Below are positions 1-8,904 of a DNA stretch of 15,539 nt, piece after piece (the stretch's first letter is position 1; every line of letters begins with the position of its first letter). The DNA is from Raphidiopsis brookii D9 (GTDB lineage: Bacteria > Cyanobacteriota > Cyanobacteriia > Cyanobacteriales > Nostocaceae). The notes under the pieces are model-generated. The model was not told the DNA's origin. It saw only the letters and a list, made by a program, of their open reading frames with translations, and made no database searches. The stretch spans positions 1 through 15,539 of the forward strand of contig ACYB01000033.1 of NCBI GenBank assembly GCA_000175855.1, written 5' to 3'. A program made the translations under genes and the position numbers.

Positions 1-441
1 CCATAATAAAGTCAAAAGCAAACCGACACATTCTGTCTTTGTGCGCCACAACAATTGTCGATATTTCACCTTTAAGCATTGATAACATAATTGATAAAAA
101 CTTTTTTCTTTTAAAGTTTAATCCGCCTCCAATCTCTGAAACCCAATCATCAACAGCTAACCCACGACTCAAACAAAATGTTTCCATCGCGGATATTTGG
201 TTTCTGAGTTCGGGTTTTTGGCTACTCGAAGAAACTCTACAATAAACAACTACTTTTCGTTTTGAGTCTACAGGTTTTAATCCCTGGGTAATCAGTAAAT
301 CATCTTCAGTATAAAAACGATGCCCCGACAATGTTCTTTTAGCTGGAAGTCTCCCTTGAACATCCCATCTTTGCAAGGTCTTGACTGAAACTCCGATTTT
401 TTTAGCAAATTCATGAGGTTTAAACATAAAGTCACTCATAG
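1..441 (-). CDS. tnpA: IS607-family transposase TnpA (MerR-like HTH plus serine recombinase), 3' end truncated by the window edge
   Basis: Manual reverse-strand translation from CAT at 439-441: MSDFMFKPHEFAKKIGVSVKTLQRWDVQGRLPAKRTLSGHRFYTEDDLLITQGLKPVDSKRKVVVYCRVSSSSQKPELRNQISAMETFCLSRGLAVDDWVSEIGGGLNFKRKKFLSIMLSMLKGEISTIVVAHKDRMCRFAFDFI. It is open to the window edge. The N-terminal HTH (VSVKTLQRWDVQGRLPAKRT..GHRFY) is followed by YCRVSSSSQKPELRNQ, typical of IS607 serine recombinases. Confidence 0.93.
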
Positions 442-490
442 GTTTGTCTATCAGTGTACGGGTTTATCTATTAAAATGTCAACTTAGGAC
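1..490 (-). mobile_element. Partial IS607-like insertion sequence (tnpA-proximal end only; any tnpB would lie left of the window)
   Basis: IS607-type TnpA runs off the left edge. The exact element end is not determinable because this family lacks terminal inverted repeats; it is placed between the tnpA start (441) and the start of repeat-array similarity (~494). Confidence 0.6.
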
Positions 491-493
491 AAG

Positions 494-2559
494 CTCCGAT
501 TACAGCACTACGGGATTTTTGGGGGTTGAACCTGGATGTGACCAAATATCTCAATCAAGCGATCGCTCTTCTTACTATCTCCTATTACAGCGCCACGGAA
601 TTTTTTTCGAGGGGGGTTGACTATTGACCGTCAGACGTGATACTCTGATAATGGAAATCTGTGCAATTTTTTTACAAACGCTCATACTCCATTATACTCA
701 ACCATCATAATACCACATTTCCACCACTTCGACCACAAAAAAACTTATCTCAACCCCTTATAAACATAATTTTTCCTTATTACTCACCTTTACATATATG
801 GATTAAGACAATTGTATTTCTAATACTACTAATATTTTGCCCACCTTCACCAAAAAGCGATCGCTCTTCTTACTATCTCCTAATTACAGCGCCACGGAAT
901 TTTTTTCGAGGGGGGTTGACTATTGACCGTTGGACGTGGTACCCTGATAATGGGAATCTTTGCAATTTTTTTTACAAATGCTCACACTCCATTGTACTCA
1001 ACCATCATAATACCACATTTCCACCACTTCGACCACAAAAAAACTTATCTCAACCCTCTATAACCATAATTTTTCCTTATTACCTACCCTTATATACATG
1101 GATTGAGGCAATTGTATTTCTAACACTACTAATATTTTCCCCCTTCACCAAAGAGCGATCGCTATTTACCTTACCTCCCATTACAGCACCACGGGATTTT
1201 TGGGGGTTGAATACTGGATGTGACCATAGTATCCCAACAAGGCGATCGTTCTTCTTACTATCTTCCATTACAGCACCGCAGGATTTTTGGAGGTCGAATA
1301 CTGAATGTGACTATAGTATCCCAACAAGGCGATCGCTATTCACCTTATCTCCTAATTACAGCACCGTAGGATTTTTGGGGGTTGAATACTGGATGTGACC
1401 ATAGTATCCCAACAAGGCGATTGCTATTTACCTTATCTCCTATTACAGCGGCACCGAATTTTTTCCGAGGGGGTTGACTATTGACTGTTGGACGTGGTAC
1501 CGTGATAATGGGAATCTTTGCATTTTTTTTTACAAACGCTCACACTCCATTATACTCAACCCTCATAATACCACATTTCCACCACTTCGACCACAAAAAA
1601 ACTTATCTCAACCCCTTATAAACATAATTTTTCCTTATTACTCACCTTTACATATATGGATTGAGACAATTGTATTTCTAACATTACTAATATTTTCCCC
1701 CTTCACCAAAAAGCGATCGCCATTTACCTTATCTCCTATTACAGCGCCACCGAATTTTCTTCCAGGGGGGTTGACTATTGACCGTTGGACGTGGTACCCT
1801 GATAATGAGAATCTGTGCATTTTTTTTACAAATGGTCACACTCCATTATACTCAACCCTCATAATACCACACTTTCGACCACAAAAAAACTTATCTCAAC
1901 TCTCTATAAACATAATTTTTCCTTATTACTCACCCTTATACACATGTATTGAGGGATTAAGGCAATTGTATTTCTAACATTACTAATATTTTCCCCCTTC
2001 ACCAAAGAGCGATCGCTATTTACCTTACCTCCCATTACAGCACCACGGAATTTTCTTCCAGGGGGGTTGACTATTGACCGTTGGACGTGGTACCGTGATA
2101 ATGGGAATTTGTGCAATTTTTTTACGAATGCTCACACTCCATTATACTCAACCCTCATAATACCACATTTCTACCACTTCGACCACAAAAAAACTTATCT
2201 CAACCCTCTATAACCATAATTTTTCCTTATTACTCACCTTTGTATATATGGATTGAGGCAATTGTATTTCTAACACTACTAATATTTTCCCCCTTCACCA
2301 AAGAGCGATCGCTATTCACCTTATCTCCTAATTACAGCACCGCAGGATTTTTGGAGATTGAATACTGAATGTGACCATAGTATCCCAACAAGGCGATCGC
2401 TATTCACCTTATCTCCTAATTACAGCACCACGGGATTTTTGGGGGTTGAATACTGGATGTGACCATGATATCCCAGCAAAGCGATCGCCATTCACCTTAT
2501 CTCCTATTACAGCGCCACGGAATTTTTTTCGAGGGGGGGTTGACTATTGACTGTTGGAT
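494..2559. repeat. Composite tandem repeat array with short (~88 bp, S) and long (~296-298 bp, L) units, each starting at a HIP1-like GCGATCGC octamer
   Basis: Octamers or one-mismatch versions start at 559, 857, 1155, 1242, 1329, 1417, 1713, 2009, 2305, 2393 and 2481. Spacings are 298,298,87,87,88,296,296,296,88,88. Shared start: GCGATCGC..TTACCTTAYCTCCYAATTACAGCRCCRYRGGAWTTTT..GGGGGTTGA. Confidence 0.93.
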
Positions 2560-2583
2560 ATATATGAATTAAGAGGATCTATA

Positions 2584-3069
2584 TTAACTGTTAATCAGGT
2601 TCTGTAAAAAAGCTATATAGCTTGTTAACTCATTAAAAACCAGAGGTACTGCCCTTTCATAGATCTTGGCTAAATACTCTAAACGAGACCAATCATAGTT
2701 AAAATCGTAGTAATATCTTTTAAAGTGACGGAATCGTCGTAACTCATCCAATAGTTCGTAGGAGTGGTGGGACAAAAGAGCTTGACGAATTCCAGGAATC
2801 TCAATCCGCATTTTGCGCAATAGTTCTTTGTGCCATTGGGAATCATCCAGGTGGTTTTCAAATTCCCTAGAAATGCGTAGAAATATAGTTTCTAAACAAG
2901 TATAAGTATTACAAAAGATGTCCGCCAGCAAAACTGCATCTCGAATATCTCGTTTGCTCTCATCGGTAAAAAAAGGTTTATAGGTATTATATAACTTTTC
3001 CAAATCTTTCGATACTTTTTGACCTTCTTCAATTTCCGCAATTAAAACTGGCAAACTATCATGATGCAT
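2584..3069 (-). CDS. HEPN-like / HepT-like protein, putative toxin partner of an MNT-HEPN module
   Basis: 161-aa ORF, mostly helical, containing ELRRFRHFKRYYYDFNYDWSRLEYL, which resembles the RX4HXY region of HepT-like proteins but with Tyr at the His position. It overlaps an upstream MNT gene by 11 nt. Confidence 0.68.
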   Translation of the reverse strand: MHHDSLPVLIAEIEEGQKVSKDLEKLYNTYKPFFTDESKRDIRDAVLLADIFCNTYTCLETIFLRISREFENHLDDSQWHKELLRKMRIEIPGIRQALLSHHSYELLDELRRFRHFKRYYYDFNYDWSRLEYLAKIYERAVPLVFNELTSYIAFLQNLINS

Positions 3070-3421
3070 AAATAACCTTACCCTTAAGCAATAGGATTTG
3101 TTGAAAAGCAGGATGAATATCTTCCCAACGAATCAAATCCAAAGAAAAGTTAGTCATAGCTTCTGCATCTGCAAACAAGCGAAGAAAAATTAAAGGTTCA
3201 ATACCCAACACTGCTAAATCAATATCAGAAACAGAGGAAAAATGTTCTGGCGCTAAAACTGACCCCCATTGAATAATTTGTTTAGGCGCGTATTCCTGAA
3301 TAATCATGGCAACAATTCTTTCCGAGTCCAGTTTAGCTTTTTGCCAAAGAAGGTGACGCTCATTTTGACGTGACCTTTGTTTATCTAGATAGAATTGCTT
3401 TGCTTTAGTATAATCAAACAT
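3059..3421 (-). CDS. MNT-type minimal nucleotidyltransferase, putative antitoxin of an MNT-HEPN module
   Basis: 120-aa ORF with IIQWGSVLAPEHFSSVSDIDLAV, i.e. the GS...DxD nucleotidyltransferase motif. It overlaps the downstream HEPN-like gene. Confidence 0.85.
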   Translation of the reverse strand: MFDYTKAKQFYLDKQRSRQNERHLLWQKAKLDSERIVAMIIQEYAPKQIIQWGSVLAPEHFSSVSDIDLAVLGIEPLIFLRLFADAEAMTNFSLDLIRWEDIHPAFQQILLLKGKVIYAS

Positions 3422-3503
3422 TATATTTCTTTCCTAATTTTTTAAATCTCCCATTTTAGTTCCCATGATATATAATAAGGGATTGTGTCAATTATTAGCC
3501 ACC

Positions 3504-3701
3504 ATGCCTAAACTCAAGACCCGAAAAGCTGCAGCAAAAAGATTCCGCGTTACCGGTAGTGGTAAGATTGTGCGTCGCAAAGCCTTCAAAAACCATTTGT
3601 TAGAACATAAAACATCTGGCAAGAAGCGCAGTCTGTCAAAAATGGCAGTTGTAGACGAAAGGGATGAAGATAATGTGCGCTTAATGTTGCCCTATCTATA
3701 A
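3504..3701 (+). CDS. rpmI: 50S ribosomal protein L35
   Basis: [46 protein letters not shown]...; the internal ATG at 3504 is the canonical start rather than the 3465 start in the ORF track. Confidence 0.98.
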   Translation: MPKLKTRKAAAKRFRVTGSGKIVRRKAFKNHLLEHKTSGKKRSLSKMAVVDERDEDNVRLMLPYL

Positions 3702-3761
3702 GTCTTGTCAACTTTGGAGTTAGTTAATTAAAATTGTTGAAATCATTTAGGTAAAGTAAAA

Positions 3762-4118
3762 ATGACTCGTGTAAAACGCGGTAATGTTGCTCGTAACCGT
3801 CGCAACAAAATCCTCAAATTAGCCAAGGGTTTTCGTGGATCCCATTCTACCCTATTTAGAACTGCTAATCAACAGGTAATGAAGGCACTCAGAAGTGCCT
3901 ATAGAGATAGAAAAAAGAAAAAGCGTGATTTTCGTCGTTTGTGGATTACAAGAATTAACGCTGCTTCTAGACAACAAGGTTTAAGCTACAGTCAGTTAAT
4001 TGGCAACTTGAAAAAAGCTAATGTGGAGTTAAACCGAAAAATGCTAGCCCAATTGGCAGTGTTAGATCCTGCTACTTTTGCTAAGGTAGCTGAATTAGCC
4101 AGTTCCGTAAAAGGTTAG
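3762..4118 (+). CDS. rplT: 50S ribosomal protein L20
   Basis: [68 protein letters not shown]..., adjacent to rpmI. Confidence 0.99.
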   Translation: MTRVKRGNVARNRRNKILKLAKGFRGSHSTLFRTANQQVMKALRSAYRDRKKKKRDFRRLWITRINAASRQQGLSYSQLIGNLKKANVELNRKMLAQLAVLDPATFAKVAELASSVKG

Positions 4119-4194
4119 AGAGCGGTTGGGGAAAATGCTAGTATCCCCTTCCCGTTTCTCAAGCAATTTTTGGCTGTTTCCATTTTAGTTGTTT

Positions 4195-4635
4195 ATGAGT
4201 CTATACAAAACGGATTATTATCTGTGGGTAGTAGAAACAGTTAACCAACTGCAAAGTCGTGATTTTACATCTATTGACTGGGAAAATCTCATTGAAGAGG
4301 TATGGGACTTGGGTCGCTCAGAAAAGATGAAACTTAAAAGTCTTTTAAGGAATCTATTTGAGCATTTGCTTAAACTAACCTACTGGGAATCCGAAATAGA
4401 TAGAAACAAATTTCATTGGCGAGGTGAAATCCGTAATTTTCGCCAACAAATTCAAGATGAGCTAAAAGACAGTCCCAGTCTGAAAAATTATCTGGATGAA
4501 GTTCTGTTAGAATGTTACCAAGATGCTAAGGAAATATTTGCGGATAAATCACAAATCCCTTTAAGTAGTTTACCGGAAATTTCCATGGGCACCTTAGAAG
4601 AGATATTAGATGCAAAATGGTTGCCAAACCAATGA
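4195..4635 (+). CDS. DUF29 family protein
   Basis: MSLYKTDYYLWVVETVNQLQSRDFTSIDWENLIEEVWDLGRSEKMKLKSLLRNLFEHLLKL is the DUF29 pattern common in cyanobacteria. ATG 4195 is preferred over the upstream TTG at 4189. Confidence 0.88.
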   Translation: MSLYKTDYYLWVVETVNQLQSRDFTSIDWENLIEEVWDLGRSEKMKLKSLLRNLFEHLLKLTYWESEIDRNKFHWRGEIRNFRQQIQDELKDSPSLKNYLDEVLLECYQDAKEIFADKSQIPLSSLPEISMGTLEEILDAKWLPNQ

Positions 4636-5441
4636 AATTTTTCCTTTTTTCCTTAGGTTTCCTCCCCCTAACCATCTTACTTTTTTCCTGGGTGGTTTTA
4701 CCCCTACCTGGCACAATAAATACCAGCTTGGCAGCAACCATGCAGGAAATTGAAGAAAGGGGGTACATAACCATTGCAGTAAAGGATAACATTCCTCCCC
4801 TAGCATTTAGGGATAAACAGGGCAATTTACAGGGTCTGGAAATTGATCTGGCCAAACGTTTGACTAGGGACTTGTTGGGTGATTCCCCAAGTTCCAGGGT
4901 TAAATTGCAAGTTAAATTCCAACCGGTAACTAATATGGAACGTCTACCAGTAGTATTCAACCATAGGGTGGATTTAGCCATAGCAAGAGTCACTGCTACT
5001 CCTTCTCGTTCCCGCATAGTTAGCTTGAGTATCCCTTATTACTATGATGGCACGGCCATAGTGACAAAAAACCTGACTATTCAAAAACCATCAGACCTCA
5101 ATAAGCGTCGGATTTGCGTACTCAACTATTCCAGTACTATTCCCCATGTTAGATATGCTATTCCCCAAGGGGAGTTGGTGGGTGTGAATTCTTACTTAGA
5201 AGCCAAAAAACTATTAGATAATGGTCAAGTAGACGCTTGTGCAGCAGACTCTACTGTATTCCAAGGTTGGATAGAAGCAGATAATCAATATAGCCAATAT
5301 AAAATACTACTAGACAAACTGTCAGTAGAACCACTGTCAATAGTTATGCCTAAGGGACTACAGTATGATGAACTAAGAACAAGAGTGAATGACTTAATAG
5401 CTGATTACATGGCACAAGGCTGGTTGAAGAGTCCCTATTAA
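4632..5441 (+). CDS. Family-3 periplasmic solute-binding protein (amino-acid-type ABC transporter or receptor SBP)
   Basis: N-terminal signal peptide (MKFFLFSLGFLPLTILLFSWVVLPLPGTINTSLA), then ERGYITIAVKDNIPPLAFRDKQGNLQGLEIDLAKRLTRDLLG and VDLAIARVTATPSRSRIVSLSIPYYYDG. Start is ATG 4632 (ATGA overlap with the DUF29 stop) or in-frame ATG 4617. Confidence 0.88.
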   Translation: MKFFLFSLGFLPLTILLFSWVVLPLPGTINTSLAATMQEIEERGYITIAVKDNIPPLAFRDKQGNLQGLEIDLAKRLTRDLLGDSPSSRVKLQVKFQPVTNMERLPVVFNHRVDLAIARVTATPSRSRIVSLSIPYYYDGTAIVTKNLTIQKPSDLNKRRICVLNYSSTIPHVRYAIPQGELVGVNSYLEAKKLLDNGQVDACAADSTVFQGWIEADNQYSQYKILLDKLSVEPLSIVMPKGLQYDELRTRVNDLIADYMAQGWLKSPY

Positions 5442-5471
5442 ACCGCTTGACAGGTATCGCTTTAGCCAGAC

Positions 5472-6017
5472 CTAGTTAGAGACCAATCTTTGTAAAGACT
5501 GAATACGTCTTTTGGCAATAGGATTATTCGGATTGAATTTAATTGCTTCTTGGTAAGTCTGTAAAGCTTGCGAGGGGAGTTTCTTCTTCTCGTAGGCGTG
5601 GGCAAGATTATTCAAAGCAGTAACATAATCTGGTTTTAATTTTAGCGCTTCTTTATATTGTCGAATAGCTAAATCATATTGGTCTTGACAGAAGTAAACA
5701 TAACCTAGGGCATTATATACAGGACCAATATCCTGTTCTTGCTCCTCCTCAGCTGCTTTAATAGCCTTTTGGTAGAGGGTAATAGCTTGGCTAAAAACCT
5801 TTTTCTCGGAATAAATACTTGCTAGTTCGTAATATTCTTGGGCGGAACCCTTTTCCTTCGTCAATTTATTTTTCAAGCGCGCAAGGGAGTTTTCAGTTTT
5901 GCGGGTTTTGATCACCTGACGAAAAACACTAATGGCCGCAAACAGAAGTAACCCAACAAATATTGAAAGATAGATGATAATTAGGTTGTTATCCATACTT
6001 GATAATTTACTTGGCAA
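5472..6017 (-). CDS. TPR-repeat membrane-anchored protein, resembles Ycf37 (photosystem I-associated)
   Basis: N-terminal transmembrane segment (LIIIYLSIFVGLLLFAAISVF), then TPRs including YNALGYVYFCQDQYDLAIRQYKEALKLKPDYVTALNNLAHAYEKKKLPSQALQTYQEAIKFNPNN. The Ycf37 assignment is from recall of architecture only. Confidence 0.8.
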   Translation of the reverse strand: MPSKLSSMDNNLIIIYLSIFVGLLLFAAISVFRQVIKTRKTENSLARLKNKLTKEKGSAQEYYELASIYSEKKVFSQAITLYQKAIKAAEEEQEQDIGPVYNALGYVYFCQDQYDLAIRQYKEALKLKPDYVTALNNLAHAYEKKKLPSQALQTYQEAIKFNPNNPIAKRRIQSLQRLVSN

Positions 6018-6071
6018 ATTCCTATAGAATTAATTCATAACTAGTTTAACATCAAGTAAGTATTAACCATA

Positions 6072-6093
6072 GTCCCCCTTAGTCAAGGGGGAC
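6072..6093 (-). terminator. Hairpin downstream of rbcS, putative terminator or processing structure
   Basis: GTCCCCCTT-AGTC-AAGGGGGAC, a perfect 9-bp stem with 4-nt loop, between the rbcS stop (6137) and the TPR gene start (6017). There is no long U tract. Confidence 0.55.
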
Positions 6094-6136
6094 AAGATTA
6101 AGAGAATGAAATTCCCCAACTCTCCTATATATTAGA

Positions 6137-6466
6137 TTAGTATCTAGTAGGCTTATGAACAATAAAGCTCAATACTTGACACTGTTTGATGTTATCAAAA
6201 CCTACAACCCGAATGTAGCAGTTGCTGTATTGAGAACGACAAGACTGTACTTCCCCTAACACCTCGCGGGTGGTTTTGGCGTTGAACAAGGGTAGCTTCC
6301 ACAATGTCCAGAAAAACTCTGTGGGTTCAGAAGTCTCATTGAACTCCACTGCAGGAATATACCCTTGGCTCAAAATGTATTGCACTTGTTTCTCAATTTG
6401 TGCATCCGACAGAGGAGGAAGATAGGATAGGGTTTCGTAACGACGCTCTTTTGGTAAGGTTTGCAT
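6137..6466 (-). CDS. rbcS: Ribulose-1,5-bisphosphate carboxylase/oxygenase small subunit
   Basis: [44 protein letters not shown]...[55 protein letters not shown]. Confidence 0.99.
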   Translation of the reverse strand: MQTLPKERRYETLSYLPPLSDAQIEKQVQYILSQGYIPAVEFNETSEPTEFFWTLWKLPLFNAKTTREVLGEVQSCRSQYSNCYIRVVGFDNIKQCQVLSFIVHKPTRY

Positions 6467-6511
6467 AGCTAAACGCTCTGTGGCTATAGTTTACTACTGG
6501 TTGTGCTGGTT

Positions 6512-6913
6512 TTAGGGAAAATTCCCCTTCTCACCAGCTGAGTTATCTAAACTGTTATCTGGGTTAGGTTCAAATACGCTTAGTTGGGTTATCCGCTCAA
6601 GATGTTGACGACGCTGCTCCATGTTGGCTTTCTGTATGTTAGTCCGTACCATCTCTGGCAAAAATTCTGTGATTTCCGCCGCAATGTACTCCCGCACTGT
6701 CATAATCCGCAAGGCTAAATCCGACTTCTCTCTAAACAGCTCTTCGATGTATCTCTCTCCATCTTGAACTTTCCCCGCAGAAAAGTTATGTAGCCAAACC
6801 GCCAAGGGTGGATTAGTTTCGTTTAACTGCACTAACACTATCCTCAACGCCTGATATGTCAGGTAGCTCTGGAGAGTTTTGGCAGTCTCTTTGGCAATTT
6901 CCCGCAAATTCAT
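6512..6913 (-). CDS. rbcX: RuBisCO assembly chaperone RbcX
   Basis: MNLREIAKETAKTLQSYLTYQALRIVLVQLNETNPPLAVWLHNFSAGKVQDGERYIEELFREKSDLALRIMTVREYIAAEITEFLPEMVRTNIQKANMEQRRQHLERIT, located between rbcL and rbcS. Start set at CAT 6911-6913. Confidence 0.97.
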   Translation of the reverse strand: MNLREIAKETAKTLQSYLTYQALRIVLVQLNETNPPLAVWLHNFSAGKVQDGERYIEELFREKSDLALRIMTVREYIAAEITEFLPEMVRTNIQKANMEQRRQHLERITQLSVFEPNPDNSLDNSAGEKGNFP

Positions 6914-6998
6914 ATTTGAACCGTCCCCTCGATAAAAGGAATAATGCAATTTTTAGGATGAGGTTATGATTGCTTCATCCTTGCACTTTTGCACTGGA

Positions 6999-8429
6999 TC
7001 AGACGGTATCAACGGTCTCAAATTCAAATTTGATTTCTTTCCACAGTTCGCAAGCAGTAGCCAATTCAGGTGACCACTTAGCAGCTTCCCGGATGATGTC
7101 GTTACCTTCACGAGCTAAGTTACGACCTTCGTTACGCGCTTGAACACACGCTTCCAAGGCTACACGGTTAGCTGTGGCTCCAGGCGCATTACCCCAGGGG
7201 TGACCTAAAGTACCACCACCAAATTGTAGTACGGAATCATCTCCGAAGATCTCTACTAGAGCTGGCATGTGCCATACGTGAATACCACCGGAAGCTACCG
7301 CCATTACCCCAGGCATGGAAGCCCAGTCTTGGGTAAAGTAAATACCACGAGATTTGTCTTGCTCTACGTAATTCTCACGTAATAAATCTACGAAACCCAT
7401 GGTGATCGCGCGATCGCCTTCTAATTTACCTACTACGGTACCGGTGTGAATATGGTCTCCACCAGACATACGCAGGGCTTTAGCTAGTACCCGGAAGTGA
7501 ATCCCATGGTTCTTTTGACGGTCAATTACGGCGTGCATAGCGCGGTGAATGTGTAATAACAATCCATTATCACGACACCAGCGAGCTAGGGTTGTGTTAG
7601 CTGTGAATCCTGCAGTCAAGTAATCGTGCATGATGATAGGCATCTCTAGTTCTTTGGCGAACTCGGCACGCTTAAGCATTTCTTCACAGGTGGGAGCTGT
7701 AACGTTCAGGTAGTGACCTTTGATTTCACCTGTTTCCGCTTGAGACTTCTTAATAGCTTCCGCTACAAATAAGAAGCGATCGCGCCATCTTTGGAAAGGA
7801 GCGGAGTTGATATTTTCATCATCTTTGGTGAAATCTAGACCACCGCGCAAGCACTCATATACTGCACGTCCGTAGTTTTTAGCGGAGAGACCCAATTTGG
7901 GTTTAATGGTACAACCCAATAAAGGACGACCATATTTATTCAACTTGTCGCGCTCAACCTGAATACCGTGGGGAGGTCCTTGGAACGTCTTGAGGTAAGC
8001 TACGGGAATACGTAAATCTTCTAAACGCAGGGCGCGTAGGGCTTTAAATCCAAACACGTTACCTACAATAGAGGTAAACATGTTGGTTACGGAACCTTCT
8101 TCAAATAGATCCAGGGGGTAAGCTACATAAGCGATATATTGATTATCTTCACCTGCTACTGGTTCGATGTCATAACAACGTCCTTTGTAACGATCTAAGT
8201 CAGTCAATAGATCTGTCCAAACTGTTGTCCAAGTACCTGTAGAAGATTCAGCTGCTACTGCTGCACCTGCTTCTTCGGGAGGAACTCCAGGTTGGGGTGT
8301 CATCCGGAATGCGGCCAAAAGGTCTGTATCCTTTGGTGTGTAATCGGGCGTGTAATATGTTAGTCTGTAATCTTTAACCCCAGCTTGATACCCAGATTTG
8401 CTCTGAGTCTTCGTTTGCGCGTAAGACAT
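6999..8429 (-). CDS. rbcL: Ribulose-1,5-bisphosphate carboxylase/oxygenase large subunit, form I
   Basis: [73 protein letters not shown]...[26 protein letters not shown].... Start corrected to CAT 8427-8429, giving 476 aa. Confidence 0.99.
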   Translation of the reverse strand: MSYAQTKTQSKSGYQAGVKDYRLTYYTPDYTPKDTDLLAAFRMTPQPGVPPEEAGAAVAAESSTGTWTTVWTDLLTDLDRYKGRCYDIEPVAGEDNQYIAYVAYPLDLFEEGSVTNMFTSIVGNVFGFKALRALRLEDLRIPVAYLKTFQGPPHGIQVERDKLNKYGRPLLGCTIKPKLGLSAKNYGRAVYECLRGGLDFTKDDENINSAPFQRWRDRFLFVAEAIKKSQAETGEIKGHYLNVTAPTCEEMLKRAEFAKELEMPIIMHDYLTAGFTANTTLARWCRDNGLLLHIHRAMHAVIDRQKNHGIHFRVLAKALRMSGGDHIHTGTVVGKLEGDRAITMGFVDLLRENYVEQDKSRGIYFTQDWASMPGVMAVASGGIHVWHMPALVEIFGDDSVLQFGGGTLGHPWGNAPGATANRVALEACVQARNEGRNLAREGNDIIREAAKWSPELATACELWKEIKFEFETVDTV

Positions 8430-8520
8430 ATTTTCCTTCCAAGAAGTCACTCTTTCTAATATCAAATCACGTTATGTGCCACTTCCTATCACTCTCTCCT
8501 TTGATCCTTTTCTCATCAAC

Positions 8521-8541
8521 TATATAAGAAAAACTTATATA
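8521..8541. promoter_or_regulatory. Perfect inverted repeat upstream of rbcL, possible promoter-region operator
   Basis: TATATAAG-AAAAA-CTTATATA, 8-bp arms with 5-nt spacer, ~92 bp upstream of the rbcL start codon. Confidence 0.35.
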
Positions 8542-8904
8542 ACAGTCAGTTTTTATGGCCACAAGGCACTGTTTGGGGACTTTACTACGGTTAGTCTCCC
8601 ACTACTCCCCTAAACTCGTAGAATGTGGAAATTTTAGCTGCTACTGGTTGGATCAAGAGAACCGGGGGACAAAAATTGCACAGGACGGAATTTTGGACAA
8701 TCTTCAACTAGGGGAATCTGATGAATTTTCCTCAAGTTGCACTAGGATACCACGGAACCTGACCAATAACCTAACCATTGTGGAATATTAGAGTATAATA
8801 CCCTCCTAGTTGGGGTTTGGTTAACCAGCACTTTTGGTAACCTGTTCCACAATATATCAAGAATTGGATCACTTATTCTTTCAATCTTTGGAACTGATAG
8901 ATTT

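Noticed and set aside
39-245. 68-aa plus-strand ORF
   Set aside because: Fully antisense to the convincingly homologous IS607-type recombinase on the minus strand.
1080-2116. Minus-strand ORFs 1080-1268, 1638-1820 and 1904-2116 with recurring GYHVQRSIVNPPGRKFGGAVIGDKV peptides
   Set aside because: Same repeat by-product; short, no recognisable domain or ribosome-binding pattern.
661-2368. Plus-strand ORFs 661-1398, 1474-1977 and 2111-2368 with recurring MQFFYKRSHSIILNPHNTTFPPLRPQKNLSQP peptides
   Set aside because: The repeated peptides are a direct consequence of DNA repeat units. Their frames are not maintained consistently by 296-298 bp and 88 bp periods, starts are mostly non-ATG, and no protein family is recognisable.
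494-2559. Possible CRISPR array
   Set aside because: Whole 88 and ~296 bp units are similar end to end; there are no short direct repeats separated by unique equal-length spacers, and no cas genes in the window.
2679-2861. 60-aa ORF antisense to the HEPN-like gene
   Set aside because: Lies inside a better-supported gene in another frame, with no family resemblance.
4119-4160. Possible rplT terminator (GGGGA...TCCCC)
   Set aside because: Only a 5-bp stem with an ~11-nt loop and no immediate U tract; too weak to call.
4526-5017. 163-aa minus-strand ORF (and nested 4606-4806)
   Set aside because: Antisense to the DUF29 end and the solute-binding protein; composition is not protein-like and there is no recognisable domain.
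8555-8791. 78-aa ORF between rbcL and panB
   Set aside because: No recognisable domain and lies in the presumed rbcL upstream region. It could be real but I cannot support it from sequence alone.
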